A stretch of 64,000 nucleotides of DNA from Yuukianura sp. NJ FZ-2021 (Eukaryota): the NCBI GenBank assembly GCA_046563655.1, contig CM102289.1, positions 7,688,001 to 7,752,000 of the forward strand, read 5' to 3'. The position numbers and the translations under genes were made by a program. Positions 42,284 to 53,683 of the stretch are shown piece by piece (the first letter of the stretch is position 1; each line of letters starts with the position of its first letter). The notes beneath the pieces were generated by a model. That model saw only the letters and a list, made by a program, of their open reading frames with translations. It did not search any database and had not been told where the DNA came from.

Positions 42284-43593
42284 TCAACTTTTGTAGTTAT
42301 GTAAATTGGTTCCCTTGAACGAATTGTCTTTCTCACAAGTGGCCCTAAACGTATGTCCACTTTGTGGTCCAGGAGTTACACGGTCAGACCAGTTTGGCAA
42401 GGTCACGTGACAAGTCGTCACAAACAATTCGTTTAGCTGTTCACCTCCGAAGCAAAGCGATGTTGTTAGCGGTTCCTCAAAGGAAATTTCTTTCACAATT
42501 TTGCCTGAAATTGCCAAAGACAAAATTACTCATGCTAAAACTTACTTAGTAAAACTATATGCAGTAATCCTATTCTAAAATTTTGAACTTACCAGTTTGA
42601 ACATCAATATTCAAAACTTTGCCGGCCATGTAAATTGCTGTCCACAAATTTCCTTTGGCATCGACCACCATTCCATCCAGAATTGCTTTCGGATGATAAT
42701 TCAGTTTGGCTTGATCCAGTTCAAAGACAATTTTCTTCTCATTGCTCACGCTGCCTTCTTCAGCATTAAATTCTTGACCAATGACTTTCGATTCCGCTGA
42801 ATCCACAGTGTAGATTATAGTTTCATCCGGAGAAAAACATATTCCGTTCGGTCCGGTAAGTCCTGCCGTATGTCTCCGGAATCCGTTCGTTGAATCGAAG
42901 CTACAGAGACTTCCTGCGAAATCCATAAAAAAGTGACACAAAATTTTTTTTTAATCCCTGCGTTTTCTAAATTCTGATGCACAAGACCTTCGAAGCGTGC
43001 CGCCAATTCCATCGCGTCCGCATTTGAACCTGGCGCAGGCGCAGGGCCGTCTTTCCACTCTCCAACCCAAAGTCTCCCTTTGGAGTCACATGTAGCATCG
43101 TTGAAGTGGGTGTCATGAACTTGGTGAAGTAATGTAACTGGTTGGTTTGCTACATTCACGAAGAAAGATTCAGTTAGAATTTCAGTTTTCAATTAACCGA
43201 AATGTTTTTTGAAAGTTTACAATTTGGAGAGAACATTGCCAATTTGTCCTTTGCAATGACAATAAAATCTTTGTCGTTTCCGCCATTGTTATCAATTGGA
43301 ATGGCTGCCGAAATGTACTCCACATCCACGTCAATTGGAAAGCTAGTTTGATGTGGCTGCCCTCGACTGGAAAAGTCCAACTTTGTCAAACTTTGTCCAA
43401 AACAATCAACATAGTACAACACTTTTTCAGTAGCATCCCAATGCGGCCCTGGTTACATCAATAAGACATAACTATTTATATACGTTTCAATTTGAAAATA
43501 ATTTAGTACTTTGGATTTAAAAAATGCTTTAATCCAACCTTCTCCAAAGCCAACTGGTTCCAACGATGCTACTGAAACGTCAAATGCTGGCAT
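42284..43593 (-). CDS. Regucalcin/SMP-30/gluconolactonase family protein, copy 1
   Basis: FGEGPHWD, LYYVDC, HFNDATCDSKGRLWVG, GPNGICFSPDE, LDGMVVDAKGNLW and TTSLCFGG...LFVTT across five exons. Confidence 0.92.
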
Positions 43594-45812
43594 CCTTTGG
43601 ATATTTCCACTCCAAAAATAACACTGTTATAAGAATGTTCAGATCAGCAATAATTTGAGCACAAACTCCAAGTTTGCCGATGAAAATTGAACAAGTAAAC
43701 AAGAAAACACTCGTAATCTGCACAAAAAGCTTACTAAAGCGGATTGTAGCCAGGAAAGAAGACAAGATCCACTTTGACATGAGTAGAGATGCTATAAAAA
43801 GTAATTGAATTTACCATTCATGCATTCACACTTCAACATTGACCTTGTAACTGTCACACTTCAAAAAGAAAACTTATTCATAAGAAGAGATTCAACCTTT
43901 AACATTTTGAGTTTTCTGTTTTGTCAATTATATACTCTACACTTCACAATACATAATAAACGAATTTTGTTAATTTAAAAATCTTTTTATAAATTCTTCA
44001 AGACGTTTTAAATTCAAAATCGGTAGAAACACGTAAATTCAGTACCTTACAAGTCCAAAACCCAAAAGTTTTAGCCCAATTTTTAATTGGTTTTTAAGTT
44101 AAATGTAATTTTTGATGAATAAAATTTCAAATTTTGAAATGAATAGAAAATTTTCATTTAGAGCCCTGGTAGTTATGTAAAATGGTTCCCTTGAACGAAT
44201 TGTCTTTTTCACAAGTAGCTCTAAACGTATGTCCACTTTGTGGTCCAAGAGTCATGCGGTCTGACCAGTTTGGCAAGGGCACGTGACATGTCGTCACAAA
44301 CAATTCGTTTAGTTGTTCACCTCCGAAGCACAGCGATGTTGTTAGCGGCGCCTCAAAAGAAATTTCGTTCACAATTTTGCCTGAAATTGCAAAAAAAAAA
44401 ATTACTCACGCTAAAACTTGCTTTGTAAAACTATATATTGTAATTCTATTCTAAAATTTTGAGCTTACCAGTTTGAACATCAATGTTCAAAACTTTGCCT
44501 TCCATGTAAATTGCTGCCCACAAATTCCCTTTGGCGTCGACCACCATTCCATCCAGAATTGCTTTTGGATGATAATTTAGCTTAGCTTGATGAAGTTCAA
44601 AGACAATTTTCTCTTCTGTGCCGACGCTGCCTTCTTCAACATTAAATTCTTGACCAATGACTTTCGATTCCACGCAATCTACAGTGTAGATCATAGTTTC
44701 ATCCGGAGAAAAACAAATTCCGTTCGGCCCGGAAATTCCTGTCGTGCGTCTTTGGAATCCATTTGCCGAATCGAAGCTGCAGAGACCTCCTGCAGAATTA
44801 ATAAAAACAGTAAAAAGTAGTTTTAGTTCCTAGATTTTTAAAATTCTGAAGCATGAGACCTTCAAAGCGTGCCGCGAATTCCTCCATGAAGTCCAGATTT
44901 GAACCTGGCGCAGGCGCAGGGCCGTCCTTCCACTCTCCAACCCAAAATCTCCCTTTGGAGTCACATGTAGCATCGTGCAAGTGACCGCCATGAACTTGGT
45001 GAAGTAATTCAACTGGTTGCGTTGCTACATTTTGCAAAACAAAAAATTAGTTAACACAATTTTAATTTTTAAGTTAGAAAAACATTTTGTAAGTTTACAA
45101 TTTGGAGAGAACATTATCAATTTTTCCTTCGCACTGACAATAAAATCTTTGTCATTTCCGCCATTGTTGTCAGTAGGAATGGCTGCCGAGATGAATTCAA
45201 CATCCACGTCAATTGGAAAGCTAGTTTGACATGGCTTTCCTCGACTTAAAAAGTCCAACTTTGTCACACTTTTTTCAAAACAATCAACGTAGTACAGGAC
45301 TTTTTCTGTAGCTTCCCAATGAGGCCCTGGTTACATAAAGAAAACAGTATTATTTATATTCTTTTAAATTTGAAAATAATTCAGTATTTTGAATTTGAAT
45401 TTCATTTTAATCCAACCTTCCCCAAAACCAACTCGTTCTAACGATGCTGTCGTAACTTCAAACGCTGACATCTTCAGGATATTTCGACTCCAAAAATAGA
45501 ACTGAAATAAAAATGTGCAGATCACAAATAGTTCGAGACAAACTCCAAGGAAAGTTTACTTATGAAAATACAAATCGAATAAGTAAACAAGAAAGCACAC
45601 GTAATGTACACAGAAAGCTTACTCAAAGCAGTTGTATTCAAAAACGGAGACAAGATCCACTTTGACATGAGTGGAAGATGCTATAAAGAGTAATTGAATT
45701 TACAATTCATACAATCACACTTTCAACATCGACCTTGTAACTGTCACACTTCAAAAGAAATTTATTGCTAAAGAAAGATTCAACCTTTAACATTTTCAGT
45801 TTTCTGTTTTGT
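42300..45812. repeat. Tandem segmental duplication (about 42300-43925 and 44175-45812) carrying the regucalcin gene plus about 330 bp of upstream sequence
   Basis: Similarity is visible in exons, introns and upstream DNA. For example, agacaagatccactttgacatgagt, gaccttgtaactgtcacacttcaaaa and agattcaacctttaacatttt occur in both copies. Confidence 0.9.
44154..45471 (-). CDS. Regucalcin/SMP-30/gluconolactonase family protein, copy 2 (tandem paralogue)
   Basis: Same five-exon structure and motifs as copy 1: FGEGPHWE, HLHDATCDSKGRFWVG, GPNGICFSPDE, LDGMVVDAKGNLW and TTSLCFGG. Confidence 0.92.
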
Positions 45813-47577
45813 CGAAGATTCTACACTACTTTTTTCAGAAAAAAAAGGATAAAAACTATGAAAATAAGAATATAAATCGATAAAAAATGTAGTTAAATGC
45901 TGCATAAGTTATCGTGTAGTTTCAAAAAATGTTGCGTTTTTTACATTTTTCAAAACTTTTGAAGTTCAAGCAAGCTGAAATACAAACTTTGTTTGTAAAG
46001 TGGATTTGTTTTATTTGTCTTGTCTAGCCTAACCTAAAAGGCCTGTACAAAGTCAAATATTTGTGAGTGGTTTATTGCTGAATAAATTTGTGTTGTGATT
46101 ACTCAAATTTAATTAACTTTATAACTAATTAAGGATGAGCGAGTATTTTAATAAGTATCACCAACCCAAGGGTACGCATTACTCTAAATATTTTACTAAA
46201 GCTAATCTACAGTTTAGGTATTTCGAATATTTTTGTTTAATTGTGGTGCTATGTTTTTCTAAATATTTTTTAAAATTTAAGGTGTTTATTATCTCAGACT
46301 GTGGAGGTTAAGTGTGCAAAAGTTTGAAGTTTTAGAACACTTACAAGTTCTGGCCTAAAAATCTTTCGAACTAAATTTTAGTGCCTTCAATTTAAAAATT
46401 TTTTCACCCACTTTTAAAGCTAAATACTTTTTTCTCAAGTTGATTCGAAAACTATTTCTACGTATAGAAAGATGTTTACTTTTTCGTTTGAAAAATTGAA
46501 GAGAAGTGTTTTTTTTTGTCTTGCGTTGGTTTTGTGTTATACGACTTTACACCGCCAATTTTCAAAAAAGTTATTGAAATAAGCAAATGTTTATAGGAAA
46601 GAAGTGTAAAAGATGTTCACAGCCATCATCGGTTCACACAACCATTTTTTGCAATATTTTTTTGGCAATGCCAGAAACGCTTGAAATGTTTTATACTAAA
46701 AGCTTTGGGTAGACCAAAAGTAAAAAGTTTTTTTTTCAAAATAAGTAGATACAAAGAAACACTTTCTAAAAAGTTTGTGATCGAAAAGAAAAGATGAAAA
46801 TCTTAAAGTTTTCGTCTTTTTTGTCCAAGTTTGTCCATAGACCGACTCTTTTTTTTCGTTTTTGACATGCCGAATAAACGGAAATCGTTACCAGATAAGT
46901 TTGTATGCTGTCATGTTCAAAGTTTTGATCCAATTGTTGTTGTTTTCTTTTGTTATGTCCGAAATATACCGGAAATGAAAATTTCATTGTTCCAAATTTT
47001 GAAAATCTAAGACTACTATTATGCTAGTTTTCTGTTTAAGAATTATAGCAACAGTCTAAGTGTAATCTAATCTGAAACGTAATCTAAAAGTGTCGGGCTT
47101 TTGATTTGCTTTCTCCGTATTTCCTTTTAAGATAAAAATGACTTATAAGCTTTCACTTTGTTAAGAAAACGGAAATCTCCAAAAGCCTAACAACTTTTAT
47201 AGTCTAAGTCTAATGGCCAGTGTCAACGTTTCTAGGACTCGTGATTTTCTTGGTTCCAAGGCACCGTGACTAATTCCTATTAAAATTGTTGTTTCTAATT
47301 TAAACGGCTTTTCATTAAGTGCTTTTACAAATGATAGATTTGACCTACTAAGCTTGGAAAAGCTAAAACTACTTTCTCTTAGATTTCTAAATTCTATGTT
47401 TCTAAAAACTTCGTTTAAGTTTCAGATTCTATGTTACTAAAAACTTCGTTTTTTGTCTGTTCGTAAGCAACATGTTTTCAGTTTCGTTTCCATTTGATCA
47501 CTTTAGGTTTCATTTTGTTCGAGTTTTTTATAAAAGAAAAAAAATTGGAAAAAGGTAAATTTGAAATTTTAGCAAGA

Positions 47578-50065
47578 TCACAAATTTGGATTTGGACTGG
47601 GCCGTGGAGGTTTGGCACCACAACAGAGTGAACCAAACCTGCGATAGAGCGGATGCTTTCGACGTCGTCGAGCCCATTTGGAAAGCATGTCATCCTGGGC
47701 AAGTGTAAGTGGTTGTTGAGTATTTTCCTTGGGCATAAACTCTTGCATTTCGTTCAGAAGATCCAAAATGTCGGATGTATCCTTGTCAACGGAACAGAGC
47801 TCTTCGGAATTAAAATCGGGATTGATTTGGCGGCAAAGAATGATTTGAGAAAGCACTCCGCCCAAATTGGAAGGGCCCGGGCGTTGATCCGCTAAAAATT
47901 TAAAAAATTTTTACAAAATTTAAATTATAATACTAAGAAAATCTGGGATATGTGTGTGTGTCCGCAATGTCGGACTGTATTTGACTTTGATTAATTTATG
48001 AAACAATTCGTATAGAAACAAACTCGATGAAGATTTACCAAAAGTTAAAAAAAATGCAAAATAATTTTGCTACCAAAAAAATATTCTTTTGTAGTTAGAA
48101 AAAAAAATGTCAGGATTTGTAGAATGATGATTGTTTGCGCGAGGCGTAGCCCCAGCGAGAATGTCAAGCATTCTGGTTTAAACCAAATTTTTTTATTTTC
48201 AATTTAAAAAAATTTTTTTTTTGAAATTTTGAAAACTTACCGTAGTAGTTGGTCATGTCCATGGGAAGAGCCATAACCAAACGCCGACACTTCTTGAGTT
48301 CCCTTAGCAGCAGTTGCGTGCAGAAGAATAATAGGACCAATTGTGGACTGTAGTCCACTGGAATTTCTTCGGTCACGTCACTGTAATAAATGATATACAC
48401 AAACGCTTGAATTTGAGTAGCATAGATTAGGTTTCGTGTGCTAATTAAGCATAGTGTAGTGTAACACAATTTGAGAGAGTCATGGGTTCAAATCCTCCTG
48501 GGTTGTTAAAATTTTAAGCATTAGTTACAAAAAGCATTTCTTAGACACAGGAGGATCGATCCAAGAGTCGAATCGATACAGAAAAGTCTAACATACCCTA
48601 AGTATACGCTGGTAAGTGTGTAACACAACATAAATTTTGGAGGCCAAGAAAGTTTACAAAATTTCCCCTGACAGTGGACTTTATGAGTGGAAATAATTCC
48701 ATGTCTAGTCCGCTTTTACTTTCTCTCTCTCTTTCTCCCTACTTTTGCACATGAATAAACAAGTTTTAGGTTTTGAACAAGATTTGCCATTTTGAGCAAT
48801 AAAATTACTCAGAATTTTTCTCCTTAAACTTTCAATTCTCAAAATAAATTCTGCGTCTCGTCCAGAATTCAAATTTGGTCCAAAAATTTTACTCCCTCAC
48901 ATTTTTTCCTTTTCCCCCAAGAAAAGAAAACTTTTTCCAAATTCTATTTTCTTTTTCCCCAAAAGCAAAGAAGAAGAAAAAGTTTTAACCTCCGAATTTG
49001 TTGAAGAAGGAGGTGAACGGCTTGTCGACAGGATTCGATACATGAGCGCCTGATTCGTCTAACTTTTTCTCTCATCTCGGGTCGATCCTTGGATTGTCCG
49101 ATATGAATCAAGGAATCACGGAATTGGGCCACGTAGTAGTTCACTTCACTAACTGCCTACAGATCAGAACAGACAAAAGTTTAGTTAAACCTACAACGAA
49201 GGAAAATTATTCCAGAAAAACTTTGGGATTGGATCAATATTTGTGTAAAAGAATCTGGAGGGAATGAATTAAACTTTTCTTGATTACCAAGAGAAAGTTT
49301 TAATCTAAGCTGAAGGAAAACTTCACTCAAAGAAAAAAAATACAACTTAAACCTACTATCTAACATAAAGAAAAAAACACAGTCTAAACCTAATATCAAA
49401 CATAAAAAAAGTTTTCTAAAAGCAAGTTAATGAATTTTGAAAGAGCTTCTGCAAAAAAGTGAAAGTCAGCAGTGGAAAATTTAAGCTTCCAAGAATGAAA
49501 CGGCAAAAACTGTAGATATTCTCGGATTAACTCGAGTCAGGCTTGGTTAAACTAAAAGTAGACTGTAAAAGTTAGGCTAGCCGAATTTTAACTACGTTGG
49601 ACAAGGTTGCAACTACGTTATAGACTACGTGCGGGAATAAATTTTTGAAAAATTTAGTATTTCAAGGTTAGGTCACCGTATTCTCACCCTGTTTGTTTCT
49701 TCGGCATCAGTATGGGAGATGCCCATGCTGAACCGTCTAGCAATGGAACTCCACTTGATAGAAGCGAGACTCCTTCGCCTTCGGACGTTTGGACTCATAA
49801 CGAGATTGCTTTTACTTTGGTGGTGTGAACCAGGCGTATTCGTAGAGTAGCGCCTTGGTTTGGCCACTCCACTTTCTTCGTCCACCATCATTCCCAATTC
49901 CGAATCCAGTGCTGGAGCTGACAACAACTGCATTTGAATTTCCGACGACCCCACGGATGGTGGTGAAGGTTCACAAACATTGACTCGAATGCGGGTAGCT
50001 GGTGGTGGTCCGGAATCTTCAAGTGACATGGTGGAGCTACGTTGTTTTTGAATTGTCATTGTCAT
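47578..50065 (-). CDS. Regulator of G-protein signalling 7-binding protein-like (R7BP/R9AP family membrane anchor)
   Basis: Helical block EVNYYVAQFRDSLIHIGQSKDRPEMREKVRRIRRSC, then QLLLRELKKCRRLV and EELCSVDKDTSDILDLLNEMQE. The C-terminus has a polybasic RRRRK...RR stretch followed by a CC palmitoylation-type motif. Confidence 0.75.
48452..48562 (+). repeat. Degenerate tRNA-like (A-box/B-box) fragment with an inverted partial copy, in an R7BP-like intron
   Basis: TAGTGTAGTGTAACAC forms a D-arm-like GTGT/ACAC stem and is followed by GGGTTCAAATCC. ATCCTCCTG (48492-48500) is complementary to CAGGAGGAT (48548-48556). Confidence 0.3.
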
Positions 50066-52016
50066 TCAAGACTTTACTGGAAAAAAAAATAAAGGAAATG
50101 AAAGTTTTCTCGAAAACGAATTTGTTTAGGTGTCAAATAACACTTTCCAAATTGAATGATCTGTTTCGAACCTGCCATTCAACTCAACGTTACCAGTTCC
50201 CTGACACATGAAAACAACCAAATCCTAATGAAAAAGCAACAGTTGAATAATTAGTGGGTAAATCGAACCGTCATAAATTTTTGATTGCTGCTCGTTAGGT
50301 TCGGCGATTGTATTTTGTGTAACCCTCTAATTAAAAGTCGTTAAACATTTTCAATATAATTTCAAGCATTCAAAAAATTTCCAATCGATCTAAAAACCAC
50401 CACCAGCATCGTTTTTTGCTTTTCAAGCCCAGTTTAAGCCAAATTCGACAAGTTTAACTTACGTTTTGGTTGTTTTAAAACAGTCATTCAAAAAAAAAAC
50501 TAGCGTGCCATCATGTTGTATCGATTAAAAAAATTTCAATAAAAATTTCGATACAGAAAAAATATTCGTGTTCATGCGTAGGTAAGATTTTTTTTTTGAA
50601 ATCGATCAAATGAAGTTATTTTTCGCACCTAAGATATTTTTCGTGAGATAAAAGCGACATGGACTCTAAAGCTGAAGTTTTCAAGTTAAATGTTATGTTT
50701 TTGCAACAGAAAACACCATAAACGTTAGGTTTAGCTGAAAATTGAGTACCCCTTGTTTGTAATTCTGTTAAACACGAAATTTTCACTCGTTCTACTCACT
50801 GCCTAATTATGTTTGCTTTGCCCAAATTAGTGAAAGCTAGTCCTTCTCTCAATCTGTCGCTGTAATGGCTAATGTCTATTGACTTTTCATATAAAATTGG
50901 TAAAGTGAAAGCAGATTCAGAGCCACAGCAAAGGAAAGGAAATCCGTAAATGTGATTTTCCTGTTTTATGACTAGTTTCCTCTGCTACAAACTACAGTTG
51001 AGGTAGAGTGGAGAAAGCTGATAAACCTTTGCGTGTCATTTTTCACACTTTATGGCTAAGCCCTTACGTTGGAACTTTCACTTTTTGATCATTGATCCCT
51101 CAAGTCATCTTCCTAACTAAAAAAGAGAAAGTAACTCACCTGATTTATGAATCTCTGCGTTGACTTTTGGCACAAATTTAACACTTTTAGGTCACTTTCG
51201 ACTGAAAGAAAAGGTTAACTTAAAAGTTTTCACGACAGGCTGAACCAGCAGCACTCATCTACAATTCTTGAAAGTTTAAAGGAACAATTTGTATTCATTA
51301 TGTCCCGGAGGAAGAAGAAAAGAAAGATGTTAGGCTACTAATAGAACTTTTATGTCAGTAAAGTTTTGTTAGAAAACTGTTCTAGTCGTAGTACTTGTTT
51401 TAGTCAAGAGTTGTAAATGACTGAGAGACTGACTTTGTTCAGAGGCAAAGAACAGAATGAATTGGGAATGAAATAATTCGTGGCCTGTGTAAGTTGAAAG
51501 GTGTAAGTACCTATTCCCCGCAGATGTTTGGGGATTCGGATAGAATTACTTCTTGGCAACACAAGAGAGAATTTCTGTACTTGTTCTGTGGAAAGAACTT
51601 CGGTGGATAAGACCAAAGGATATACTGTAACTTCCACTGGTTCAGCAGAATGCTTGTGCTAAAGCGGAGGAAGAAACTATCCATGCTCGTGGATCCATTC
51701 CCTGTCCATTGAGCTTCCTCATTCATCTTGGGAGGAGTGGAGAAAGCACACCTTTCACTCTCCATCTCCCAGGGCACCTCTGCAACCTAATACTGTAATA
51801 CTGCCAGTACTACCTACACAATCAATTTCAATTCCAGCACAATCCAGAACAATTTCAGAAGAAGGAAGTAGGTCAAGTGGTGTCTGCACTACTGGAAACG
51901 ACAAATATTACATTTTGATTAAATTTGAGTCACAAGCAAAACTATTGTTAGACCAAAAGTTAATTAAATTCTATTATTTAATGACGTCAGTAGAAATTGG
52001 AAAGCATAACTATTGC

Positions 52017-52210
52017 AAAATAAAAGTTTGGTTTCATAAAAAAGTAAGTTTTTGGAAAAACAAAGCCTTGATTTTGCAAGATAAAAGTTTGCCTTTTATA
52101 AAAATAAAACTTGACTTTTAGAAAAATAAAAGTTGGCTTTTTTAGACAAATAAAAGTTGGATTTTTACTAAACAAAATTTGGATTTTTATAAAATAAAAG
52201 TTTACTTTTC
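52017..52210. repeat. Degenerate AT-rich minisatellite, unit about 22-24 bp (consensus near AAAATAAAAGTTGGATTTTTAT)
   Basis: About 8-9 successive variants, for example aaaataaaagtttggtttcat, aaaataaaacttgactttt, aaaataaaagttggctttttt and aaataaaagttggattttt. Confidence 0.75.
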
Positions 52211-53683
52211 ACTCGAATGAAAAGTTGATAATTGTGGTTATGAAAACTAACTTTTTCGTTAAGCTAAAAAAACACTTGAAACTTCAAACTTCATAAAAAA
52301 CTTTTTCAAACATAACAATTAAAACAAAAAGTAACCGCAAAAATTTGGTCTGGCGCAGCCACTCCGCAAAATTTTTTGAAACCACAACTCATAAAAGGAT
52401 GTTTTTTCAGTTTTTCAACTAAATGTATAACTTTTATATAATTTATTATTTTCTCATGCCTCTCCTGAAGTAATTATTTGTGAGTATTTAGTTTTACGTA
52501 TTATTGCGAGCCATGTCTCTAGCAATTTTTGTAATAATTTCCTCAGATCTTAACTCCGAAATTAAACAAGACTCGATTTGTATGAAATTGGACTGGACTT
52601 TACGGATGAGACATAAAATTGTAACAGAAATTTTGTCTTTTGGAGATATTTGGAGTAAAGACATAAAAAATTCGTTAGACACTATGCCTTCCTTAACAAG
52701 ATTATTTAGCTGAGTACGCTTCAATTGCTTTCTGGTAGTGTTCTGTAATTCGATTATTGAATAACACGGTCCATATCATCTCATTCTCAGAAGTAGTAAC
52801 AAGAACATCCATAAAACTACACCATTCTAATTAATAACATTGTTTATAACTCCGGGAAGTTAATTAATCCTCCAGGACAATTCTTGACTCTACAAAATTT
52901 AATTTCTAGAAAACTAAACTTAATTTGTGAAATGAATACATATGGAATGCTACTTTCTCAGGAAGTACTAACATAGGAATCAGTTTTCAGGAATGTACGA
53001 GGTTGAATCTGTCGTAGTCTATCGAATTTTGAGCAAGTAACTAACAAATTTCGTAGTCGCTTTGTAGAAGAGTCGAATTAACTGAAGTCGGTGGAGTACT
53101 TAAACATTTAACCTATGCATAATTCATTAGTTTGAAATGTTTGAAAAAAACATTTTGAAAAAGTTTTCAAACAGAACCGCTAAGTTCAAGCCCTTGTCTT
53201 CTCAAAATGCTACCGGCGCGGAAGTCTAAGGGAATATCTAAGTATCTAACAATTTAAATGGTAAACTTATTGAAGATTCCTCCCCTAATCACCTAAATTC
53301 AAAAAGTTTAACAATTTTTTTTAAATTCCTGCCAAAAGTGTCATTACCAATTCCCTTATACACTAATTAGAGTTAACTACGTTCAAAATGAGAATTTTAC
53401 AACCCTAATGTGCGTTCTAAACAAACTACAGGAACGAATACCGCGACTCGTAACAAAACCCGCTAAAATTTTCAGTTTTACGTTCCGGTTACATTCCCCT
53501 AGTAAACTATTTTTTTCGGAAGCTAAAAAATCTAGTCGATTCTTGAGTAATTATATTTTTTGCGTCGCCATTTTACCTTCCATTTGTTAAACATCAAAGG
53601 ATTGCCGATGGAATGGTATCCATTACAAGAAATTTCTTTGACATTTCGATTACGAAATGGGAGAAAGAATTTCTCTCTTCTGC

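Noticed and set aside
42284..45471. Horizontal transfer of the gluconolactonase genes from bacteria
   Set aside because: The genes have four spliceosomal introns and host-like composition, and regucalcins are native to animals. Nothing in the sequence indicates transfer; a phylogeny would be needed.
52017..52210. Regularly spaced repeats superficially like a CRISPR array
   Set aside because: The units are contiguous, degenerate and AT-rich with no unique spacers. The context is eukaryotic and there are no cas genes, so this is a minisatellite.
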